DNA from: a virus
IMG/VR virus record: IMGVR_UViG_3300035670_013228
Span: 64,001-128,000 of that record
Reading direction: 5' to 3' (one strand)
DNA length: 64,000 nt
Below the pieces are notes generated by a model. The model had not been told where the DNA came from. It searched no databases and saw only the letters and a program-made list of their open reading frames with translations. Below are positions 1 to 12,000 of the stretch, piece by piece. Positions within the stretch are counted from its first letter, which is position 1. Each line of letters begins with the position of its first letter. Made by a program: the position numbers and the translations under genes.

Positions 1-2
1 TA

Positions 3-3000
3 GAAAAAGCTATTAGATATATAAATAGAGCGTTAGCTAAGACAGGAAAAGCAGATGCTGCTAAAGAAGCAAAAGAAGCAGCTATGAGGAAAGTTGCAAT
101 CGCCGGATTATTTCCATTAGATTATAATAAAGATTTTTCAGACTGGAAGTTGGAAGATGGTAGAGAAATTTATGGTTATGTTAGAGGATTTCAATCTAGC
201 TTTTTACCACAAATAGAAGCTATGCAAGAGGCTAATAGAGCTACTCGCCAAAAATTTGCTGAAGATATTCAGGATACGGCAGCATTAGGCGGATTAGGTA
301 ATAGAAATATTCAAGGACCAATTCAACCATTAGCAATAGATTTTGATGAAACATTAGCTCTTGGAACAAAAATGCTAGATGAAAATGGTAAAGAAGATTT
401 ACCAGCCTATTCGGATAGAAAAAAGGTTATGGACAGCCTGGCCAAAGCTAGACCAACCTCTCTAGCTAAAAGATTGGCCAGTATAGAACAAAAAAATCCT
501 GGATATGTTAGGATGTTTAGTCGTATCTTAACGGCCCGTCCTCAAAGCACAGCAGATATTATAACATCTACTCTTAATAGATTCGGATTACCATATATAG
601 AACAAGATGTCACTGGAGTTAGTAAAGGATTAGGAACAGATATAGCAAAAGCAAAAGCTGCGAATGTTGCAAGAGCTGAAAAATTAATCGATGATAGTGA
701 AGAAAATATTAGAGCAACAATGGCTGCTGGTAAAAGCACTTTTCGTTATGGCGAAGTACCAGAACTCAAAGGACCAGCAGAAGAAAAATTTGGACAATCT
801 AATATTGAAGGAGGCTTGTTAGAAGCGGCACTATCTCAATTATTGGGTTATCCAATAAATGTTGATGCTTTACAAAGAAATAGGGCGATTGATTTTCCAC
901 AAGGACTAGGTAGAGGTGCTCAACTTTTTGGATTACCTCCGAATATTGAAACAGAAGTAAAAAGGACTTTGGATGGAGACAGTTTTTCAAAAGCCAGAGA
1001 AGAATTTAGTAGATACTTTACAGAAAATCCACAAGCCTATGCTAAAGGAGGAGCAGCAACATTTGGCTCTGGATCATTTAAATTTCCCAAAAGAATAAGT
1101 AATGCTTATGTTCGGGAAATGGAAAAATTATTAGAACAAGAACAAATGGAGAAGGTTTTTGAGACGTATCCTCGTAATGAAAGAATGATTGTAGACGAAG
1201 AGGCTGTACAAAAAGGTTACGAATCTCCTTTTAGTAGAGAACTATTCATAAATTCATTTAAGGATAAAATAAGCAGAAATACAGTTTTTGAAAGAATGGG
1301 ACAATTTGCGAGAGTTATAGGATTGCCACCCACAGACTTTTTGTCTGCTATACCAACTCAGTTAGATTTTGGTGTTAATTATCCTGCTACAGCATTATTT
1401 AACAAGGATCCTTCTGGTCCAGGAACCAGAGGATTACAAGGAGTAGATTTAACACCATATGGTTATACTGAACAAGATAAACAAGATTTATTTGGATATA
1501 CTAAACTAATAGAAGAGAAAAAGAAACAAATATTAAAAACAATCAAAACTTCTGTTACAACATATGAAGATGGTAGTTTTGGTTATGATGTAGCTCTAGC
1601 AGAAAAACTAAGAGTAGAATTAAACGATCTACAAAAACAACAAAGATCTCTTATTGATAAAAATAATGCAGCCATTAAAGCTGCAAAAGAATCTAGATTA
1701 CAATCCGCAAACCAGAGTGGTCGTGGTAGCGTTGGTATAGCAACTAATCCGTTCAATACAAGTCAACGTCAAGACTATAGTATTTTATATCATGAATTAA
1801 CTCATCAACTTTTTAATAGTCTTAGAACTAAAAATGCTCAATCATTTGAAGCATACAAGGCAAAAGTTGCTAGTTTATTTAGTGGAAATAATGATGATGT
1901 AGCAGATGCTTTTGATGCTCTGGTGGGAAATACAGGATATAATAGTGCTGATGTTGCTTATGGAAGAAGTTATAAACTTAGTGGACTAAGCAGCTTGATG
2001 ATGGGATCGGCCAAAGAGTCATTTGCAAAATATGTTAATAGTGACCCAGAATATGTTCCAGAATTAAGAAAAACCTGGGCTGAAACAACCTCCACTACAA
2101 CCGCCAAAGCCTTTAAGCCACTTAATCCTAAAGTTAATGATATTTTATTAAGGGGTCAAATAAGTCAAGATGTTATAGATAAATATGAAGATAATGGCAA
2201 AGAAGAATTTTTAACAACACTAATACAAAAATTACCATTATTAGATGAAAATCTAAGCGGAGTTTTGGATAGTACTCTAAATGAGTTGTTAGGAGGCGCT
2301 GGAATAAGTAGACAAAAATTTGCTCTCGGTGGATTAGCAGATTCTAAAGATGCTATGTCTGGATTAATGCAAGGATTATATGGAAATAGAAGACAGCAAA
2401 CAGACAAAAAAGAAAAAGATTTTGGGAAAATAAGTATCACAGAAGACGGTGATATGCTTAGTGTTGGATATCTTAAAAATGAGAGTAGATCAGGATATGT
2501 ACAAGCAATGAAATACAAAGATAATCTATGGTATGTTGGATTATCAAAAGCTACTAAAGGATATGGACCAAGATTGTATGATGTGGCTATGGAGGCTGTG
2601 ACTGAAAAAGGAGGTATGCTAACTTCCGATAGAAGTATGGTCAGCTCTGATGCTCAAAAGGTTTGGGCTTATTACTTTAAAAATAGAGGAGATGTTAAAA
2701 AAACACCATTAGAACCAGAAAATTGGACTAAAAATCAAGCACTAATAGATCCTAAGCTTTATGGAAGAAAAGAAACATGGCCTCCAGCAAATGATCCGGC
2801 TTGGATACTACAGAGCGGCTATAGCAAAAGCCCCACCTTGCTTAATGATCCAGAACAAGTAAAAAGAAATAATAATAGAACACAAAAACCTGTTGATTCT
2901 AGAAGTATGGCTCTGTCATATTTTCAAAGAGCTGATGGCGGACCAATAAACCGTTTTGCTGATGGTGGTTCTGTTCCGGCTTTGGTAAGCAATGGTGAAG

Positions 3001-6000
3001 CTTATGTTCCTCCCAAACTTGCTAAACGTATTGGTTATGGAACATTAAATCGTATGAATCAAGCTGATAAAAATGGTATGGGACGATTTAGTGATGGTGG
3101 AATTAGTATATTTAAGGGGCCAGGAAGCGGAACTAGTGATAGTATACCAACAAGTTTACCTGTTGGAAGTTTTATAATAAGAGAAAAAGCTACAAAAGCC
3201 TTGGGATTAAATAGGGGCGGAAGTGTTGGAATACCACGTTTTAAAGACGGTGGTAGTCCAGGAAATCTAGAAGCAGAAATACAAAGAATATTAATAGAAC
3301 TAGAAAACTTTAAAAAAGCTATTTACGAAGGAGCTAGACAAGCGGGTAAAACAGCCACAGAAGCCAAACAGCAAGCAGACAGAGCGGTACTATCCAAAGG
3401 TTCAGAGATTCTATCTAGAACCGCAAAGCCTATAGATCCGAAAAACTTACCCCGAGGCAAAACACTTGAACAGGCCGAATCGGAAAGATCACAAACTCGA
3501 TCAGCCTCTTTTGAAGCACTAAGAAGGATGCAGGATCAATCTCCTATACTAAAGTCTAATACTGCAATACAAGTCTCTACTAGTCAAAAGATAACTGGAT
3601 TTTTTCAACAAATACTAGGTTTTTCTAAACAAACAGCACAAGCTCAACAAGACGGAGCTAAAGCTCAACAACAAGCGAGTAGCGCTATACAGCAATCTTC
3701 TGATCAACTACAGAATACCAGTAAAAAACAAAGTAACATTAATTTTGGGGGATTCGGTACGGCATTAGCTTTTACAGGACCGGCTCTTGCTAGTCAATTG
3801 GGAGAGGTCATAGGAGGAGCAACGGGTGCCGGCGTAGCAGGGGTCGCGTCTAATGTTTCAACATTTACTAGTATAGGTTCACAATTCGGTGGTATTGGAG
3901 CAATCGGAGGTTTACTAGTCGGATTAGCCACGTCCATAGATAGTTGGGGTGCTAGTATTGCAAATTTTGAAGCAACGGCTAGTGCTGCTAGAATCGATCA
4001 GATATTTGATACTACAACCAAAGCATTTGAAAGATTATCTACTAATATTAATGATAAAGGAGCTTTTAATGATGTTATAGGAAATTTTCAGAGAATACAA
4101 AATGAAGAAGTAAAATTAGCGGCTTTTAGAGAAAAAGCTAATGCTCCGTCAACACTAACCGGTTTGGGCAGAAGAATCGGCTTATTGTCAACACCAACCG
4201 CTGAAACAGTAGGAGGAGAAAAAGCGGTTAGTCAACAAAAAGCAGCAGCTGTGGCTCAACAATTTTTAGAATCTCAGATACAAGCAGAACAGGATTATAA
4301 AACAGTATCACAAAAACTACAACAAGCCGGATCCTCTTTTGATAGTTTATATGCTTCTATTTTAGAAGCTGATACAGCCTATGCTGTGGAGGTTGAAAAA
4401 ATTAAACAATCAACAGATACAGAAGATAGAAAAAATCAAAAAATTAACGAACTAACAGCTCAAAAAACACAAGAAATTAGAACAAGCATAGAAACTAGAT
4501 TTGCTGATATAGAAAGAGCCAAAGCAAACAAAAGACTAACTAAACAACTAGATTTTGTATCCGTTAGTTTGACCAGAACTTTTACCACGCTAAACCAATC
4601 AATTAACGCGGCTGCATTTAGTTTAGATCAAGCTTCTGAAAGTATTCAAAATATTGTTAATGATTCTGCAAATTTTAGTAATAGATTAAGAACATCTAAT
4701 ATTTTAGAAAATCCTAGAGCTTACTCTAGAGCCGAACAAAATGCCGCTATATCTCAATCCGCCCAATTTGCTGGAGGAGATAGACAGTTTATAGAACAAT
4801 TTGCACGATTTAGTTTAGATATAGAGGATTCCATGACATCCGCTCTGAATCAAGCCAGAGCAGGAGGAGTTACAGATCCTAATGTTATAGGAGACAGATT
4901 TGGTTCTTTGTTAACCAATCAACTAGATAGTATTTTTGGACCGCAACTTGGAGAAAGTATCAGATCGCAATTTAAAACAGCTATCAACGAATTAACAAAA
5001 GGAGGAACAAAATTAGAAGATATTAGTACACAAGATATATTAGATAATATACCCGGACTAAATCAACAAGTACAAGCTAGTAAACAAGTATTCGAAGCAT
5101 TAAATGCTAGTGCAAAATTTTTAGAAAATGCTTTGAATTTTGTTGGAGCATCAGCTAAAGAATATGGATCTTTACAAGATAAATTAGCTGAAAATATAGC
5201 ATCTTCACAAAATATTATTGCTCAAAGTAATCTTAGTTTACAAGAAGCGCTAGGCAAAAGAATCTCATTAAGCGAAAGAAGACAGGCTAGAACATCAACC
5301 GCTGCTATTCGTGCTGGAGTAAGACCACAAGATTTAAATGCTAATTTCTTATCTGATAGAAGAGATACATTAATACAACAAAAACAAAATATCGAAAAAT
5401 CATTAGACAATCTATCACAGTCTTTTAATAAGAGAGATTTAGCAGCATCTAGACAATTCGTTGAGCTCAATAAACAACTAGGCTTAACAGAATCTTCTAT
5501 TAGACAAGTTAATCAGGCACTAGAAAGTTTACCGCAAAATATAGAGCAAAATATTAATGATATTATTTCAGAAATATCTAGATTACAACAAAAATCTGTT
5601 AATATCACAGGAGCATCAACATCATTTGGCGAAAAACTATTAGGAAGTACTCCTCAAGAACTACAGGAACTAGGAACAACATTCAATATTCTTAATAGTG
5701 CATTATCTGGTAATTTAAATACTATTCAACAATCTCAAGCTGCTCAACTAGCTTATAGACAAGCTTTGGATGATGGAAAAACTCAACAAGAAGCTATGGT
5801 AGTTGCTCAACAGGCTTTTGCCGGACAAACAAGAAATGTTTTAGGATTGTTTAATGAACTTAGTTCTATGAGTGGTCTAGAAGAAGATGAACTTAGACCA
5901 ATAAGAGCACAATTATTCAAAAATTTAGCATCATCTCAAGGAGCAGGACTAGAAAATAATCCTATATTTCAAACTATTATTAATAGGTTGGAACAGCCAC

Positions 6001-9000
6001 CAGAAGAAAGTAGAGAAATAAGAGAATTAAGAAATTTATTACAGGTTGAACAACAATCTTTAATACAGAGCACAGAAACAATTAATCAAAATACCCTAGA
6101 TAAACAAACAGCAGTATTAGATGCTGCTAATCAAAGATTTATAGATGCATTAAATGATATTGAGGTTAGATTTAATACAGAACAATTAAGAAGCATGGGA
6201 TTAGGATTAAGTAGACCAGGAGATATTAAGCCGCCGGCGGCCCCTCAAGCCAGAGCCAAAGGAGGCTTAATTTATGCTAGTGATGGAACATATGTAAATT
6301 ATCAACCTAAAGGTACTGATACTATACCAGCAATGCTAAGTCCGGGAGAATTTGTGGTTAACGCACAAGCTACTAAAAATAATCTTGGTTTATTAAGATC
6401 TATTAATAGTAGTGTTGGTAGTGGAAAAACTTTTAGTAGTGGAGGAGTAGTTTATGCAGCTGACGGTGGGTCGTCAGCAGCCAAGGGATTATTTAGTAAC
6501 AGATATTTTCCAACACTTGGTCCAATATGGGATAGTATTAAAAAGTTATTTAGCTCCGCTGGTAAATTTAGTATTCCCAATTTGGGTAATTTGGGTAAAT
6601 TAGATTTAACTCAATTATTGAGCAGTGGGGTTCGTGGATTAGGTAGGCTTGGAGGTAATATTGGTAATACTCTCATAGACGATTTTGCTAAGGGTGGTTT
6701 GAAAACCGCAATCACAAACATTGTTGATGCATTTAGTAGTTTGGGTAATACTTTTTCTCTAACATCTGACGGAAACCTGCTTCCAGGACAGTCAGATAGC
6801 GTACTAGATGATGTTAGTAAAAATTTAAGAAGTATATTCAGCAAGACCAAAGGCGCTGGTGTGCTGTTTAGATATTTGGGGCCATTGATCGGTGGTGTGC
6901 AAGGATTTATGGCCGATACGGAAAAAACCAAAAGAAACTCGTATGCTAATGCAGCATTAGGAGCACTTACCGGAAGTGGTACCACCATGGGGGATGTTGG
7001 CGCAACATCTATTACCGGATCTCAAACTGGTGGTAATTTATTACAAGCTGGTTTGGCAACAGCGCAGTATATGAGTATGGGGGTTCCACCACCACTAGCC
7101 GCTGCTTTAGCTGCTGGCGCCATGACTACCCAAGAAGTTATGGGATATATGGGAGATATTGATGAAACAAGAGCGTCTGAGGCCAGAACACAATCTATTA
7201 GTCAATCTCAACGAAATGCTGGTAGAGTAGTTTCTAATGACATAAAGCGAAAACCAGGAGAAACTAACGAAGAATATAGAAGTCGCAGAATAGAAGAAAG
7301 AGCAGTCGAAAGAGTTGGCGCAAATAAACTTGTAGGATTTAATGCTAATGAAAGATTATGGATAGCTACTAAAGCTAGATTAACAAATGAAAAAGAATCA
7401 TTATTATCACGACTTGGTCCGGATAGTCCTCAAGTGGTAGAGATTGATAGAAAAATTAAAGAACATGATAATAGTCGTTCTAGTATTTTTCAAGATACAA
7501 GATTTAATAGCACTGGAGCTGTTTTAAGTTATATCGGATTAGGTAGTGCTACTACTGTTAACGAAACTAAGAGCGCGACAGAAATAGAAGCTGCTGTACA
7601 AAGTGAACAAAAATACCAAAAAGCCATGGCAGTTGCAAGAAGAGAAGAACAAGAATATTTTGCAGATATGGATGATAGAAGAGCATTAGCTAGACAAAAT
7701 AAGCTGGAAAAAGAATTAAAAGACAAAGGTATATCTTTGGATAAGGACGGTGATGACGAGTTAGATTCCGAGTTCGTAAAGGAAGAGGGGGATCCGGACT
7801 ATCAACGTTATCTGGATATGCAGGCTATATTCGATACGCAACAATTTATACAAAGGAGTGAGAAAGCAGCGGAAACCGAAGCAAACGACAAAGCCGAATT
7901 ATTAGAACTTGGCTTACCATCCTATGCTTCTGAGGCTCAAGTCGATGCGGCCCGGCAGATACGCGATGCTAAACAACAAGCCACACAGATAGAACAAAGG
8001 ATAAAAGAAGAATTAGATACGGATAATATTCCGGGAGTAGGCAGATTCAAAACATCGTCTCAATTACGAGCAGATGCGTCTGATAGAAATTTTGGTTTAC
8101 CACCAGAGGTTTTGGCTAGTGGTAACTTTAATGAGTGGCAACAATTATTAGCAAAGAAAGAAAAAATATTTGCAAAAATTGAAGAATTGAATCGTGGCAG
8201 ATTGGTATCTAGTGGTGATCCGTTTAGTGGTGATACTATTACCACCTCTTTGAGAGAAGCTAATGCAGATGAATTAGGGCGATATTTAACAGAATATCAA
8301 CAGCTAGCACAAATAGATAGTGATCTAGCACGGGCATATCAAACCGGATTAGAAAACTATGCAAGCACAAATTATCCAAGCGCAGATATAGATGAGGTAC
8401 GAAGTATGGCTTGGGATGATTATGATAAAGGTATACGATCCAAAGAAGCAGAAGCTCAAAAAAGAGACAAACTTGCAGCAAATAAAGAAGCTGATAAACA
8501 AGCTAAGATGTGGAAAACCGTAGCTAGTATAAGTAATGTTAAATTACCTTCTAAATTCGAGAATCCTGGTAAATTCTTAACTTTCAGATCAAATATATTA
8601 GATAAACTAAAGAGTAAATTTCCATTATCGGGAGATCCGTCAACAGATATTCAAACTATGCAACAATATGGTTTAGATGCTAATATAGCCGAGGCTATAT
8701 TCAAACCATTTGATAATAATCAAATAGCTGCTGTAGCATCTTTAATTCCTATTAGTGCAAATACTGATCCTGTTTTGCGCAGTCAAGTATCATTATTATC
8801 TCAAGCATCCAGCGCATCAATCGACACTGCTAAAAATAATGCATATTTATTAAATATTATACAAAAGAATCCTAAAGTTAATCAAAAATTTAAAACAGCT
8901 TTTATTAAAAGTGTTAATGATATAAATAACTTTAATAAAATGGTTACTGGATATAATCAATTAGATCCAACAAAACAAAATAATGCTAGAGCTAATTTAC

Positions 9001-12000
9001 TTAAAAGATTAACTAGACAAGGATATATTGATCCTAGAGATCCTAATGGTAGCATTGATAGACTAAATGCTTTGGGTGGCACTAATGTTTCTCAGTTCCT
9101 ATTTCCTAATCAACAAGCTCAAAATAAAGTTATCAGAATAGCCGGTGCTAAAAATTCAGGAGGTATAGTATATGCTAGTGGCGGAATGCTTGTGCCGTAC
9201 GAGCCCAAAGGAACTGATACTGTGCCGGCTATGCTTACCCCAGGAGAGTTTGTTGTTAATAAACAAGCAACAGCAAGAAATAAAGGATTATTAGAATCTA
9301 TTAATAGAAGCAAAGGAGGAAGTGTTAAATATTTAGCTGATGGAGGTTTGGCTTCAGATACTAGTGATAAAATTACAGTAGGCACTAAAGATGGAACTAG
9401 TATAGTAAGACAGAATCCATTGTATACAACAGTTCAAGATAATCTACGATATACTAAGCGATTAGATAGTATGGCTGTGAGTACAGAGAAAACATTGAAG
9501 GGTCATACACGATCTCTTGAGTATATAGGATCAGGAGTTACAAAACTTAATAATCGTATTGATTCGGCAAGTACTACATTAGGCGTACCATTTTCTAGAG
9601 GTGGAATAGTTTATGCTAGTAATGGAATGTTAGTTCCTTATCAACCAAAAGGCACAGATACTGTTCCGGCCATGTTGACTCCCGGCGAATTTGTGGTTAA
9701 TCGTCAAGCAACATCTAAACATAGAGGTTTGCTAGAATCTATTAATAGAAACAAAGGAGGAAGTGTTAAATATTTAGCAAATGGTGGGCCCTCTTCTGAT
9801 AGCGAAGTAACAAAAGTTGTTGACGGAGTGCAGATAACAAAACCTAGCGAGGTATTAAAATTAAGCAAAGAAAATTTATCTACTAGTAAAACTCTTTTAA
9901 CGAATAGTATCAAAACCAAAGAAATATTACAGAACAGTAACAATTATTTCGTTTCTAGTGATAAAACAGTTAATGAAAAACTAGATAAGATTTTACAAGA
10001 TAATAAAGGACTAAGAGAAGATACAGCGCAAGAACATAAGAAGACTAGAAGACATATTGAGCGTGAACATTTTCATACTAAAGAATATATTGATTATGCA
10101 CACTATGGGACTAGGGACAAGCTAGTGGCTGAACATGCTACTACGAGAACTCATATTACTGCCGAAGATAACGATACTAGACAATACGTTGCTGATCAGC
10201 ATGACAATACCAGAAAGTCTGTTGCTGATGAGCATAAGAAGACTAGATCTGAGATCCCTTCCCATCTGAAGATCTCGATGAAGGCAAGAGGAGCTGAAAC
10301 AGACGCACATACCACGATTGAGGCGATGGGTATTAAATCACATGTTACAGACGAACATAAGCTTACCAGAAACTTTTTGTTGCGTCAACAGCCTAAAAAT
10401 CTTGCTTCTGGCGGCATAGTTTATGCTAGTAATGGACAACTAATTAATTTTCAACCAAAAGGTACCGACACTGTTCCGGCAATGTTAACGCCGGGAGAAT
10501 TTGTTGTTAATGCAAAAGCTACTAAAAATAATTTAGATTTATTACATAGTATAAATAATGGTGGCAAACCATATAGTAGAGGAGGTGTTATTCATTTACA
10601 AGATGGTGGACTAGCAGTAGACAAAGGAGATAGAGTAGCAGAAGCATATAATGCTACATTAAAAGCATATGAACAACCCGAAGACGCTCAGCTAACGAAC
10701 AAAAAAATACCCATAAAAGGTGGTGAAGCTCAATATTTTCCAAAATTAGATTATTTTGCTCTATATGATAGACCTAGTGGGATTCCTGATGAAAACAGGA
10801 TCAGTGGCGATTCATTCTCAAGAGGATTTAGAATTCAGGTAAGAGAAGGAATAATAAGTAGAAGCAATGTACCACGAGAGCCTTCGGCCGCTGTTAGCGA
10901 ATTAGGAGACGAAGAACTTTCCACTATTTGGACAATTAATAAACAAGACTGGCTTAGCGATGAGGCCGCGAAACGAGGAGTTGATATTAATAGAGGTGAT
11001 AATCGTCCGTGGAAAGATAGAGTTCAGAACCGTCTTCCAACGGAATACCCAGAAAAATGGTGGGAAAAGTTCGATCAAGATCCGGAATTAAGAGAAAATC
11101 TGGCGACGCTTAACGCTGCCGCCAACACAATGGGTGGTAGCAGTAAAATTAGCCCTATCTGGGATTATGGACGGAACTCTAGAGATCAAGTTGAAACCAT
11201 TAGAAAGAAGATAAAAGATTATTTAGTAGCTAAAAAAATTAAAGAATCTGTTGCAGAAGACACAGCAATGGGAATATCAGAATCGGAAATATTAACATAT
11301 TTAGAAAGATATTCATCTTTAACAGACTTTAATAGTAACAAGAGCGACAAAGATGAAAAACTATATTTTTGGGAACAATGGTTGAGTAGAATTAGATTAT
11401 ATAATAGAGTCACAGGGAGAGAGGACCAGGAGGGACCGACTATTTATATACCAAATGATCAAACTCCGCAACAGAGAGAAGATGCTAGACTAGCAGCAGA
11501 AGCGAGAAAAGCTGAAGAGATCAGAAAAGAAGAACAAAGAAAAGCTGAAGCAACTAGAAAAAGAGTAGAAGACTATAAAACAGAGAGAACACGAGCACAG
11601 CGCGCACAAGATCCTGATGCTATTTGGAAATTACCTGGCGATAAAGAACAAACAACAAACGAATGGTCAGGAAAACCACCACAGCCTGAAAGAAGATGGG
11701 TTTCTCTAGATGAGAAATACGCCACCATTGGAACATTAGTTGCTTATAAAGATGGTAAAGCATCTATTCGTAAACCAACTGGTCAAACTATAGTTGTTGA
11801 TCAAAATAAATTAAGTGAAATGGATCAAAAGTATTTGACTGATCTTCTTATTGAACAAAAAACACAGCCTCTACCAACTCCGAAATCTCGAACTGGTCCG
11901 CAAACTTTGCCAACACCACAATCTCAAACGCGTCAGCAACCCTTACCAATCCCAAAACCTCAAACCGGTCCTCAAACAAAACCAGCCGATAGGCAATTAC

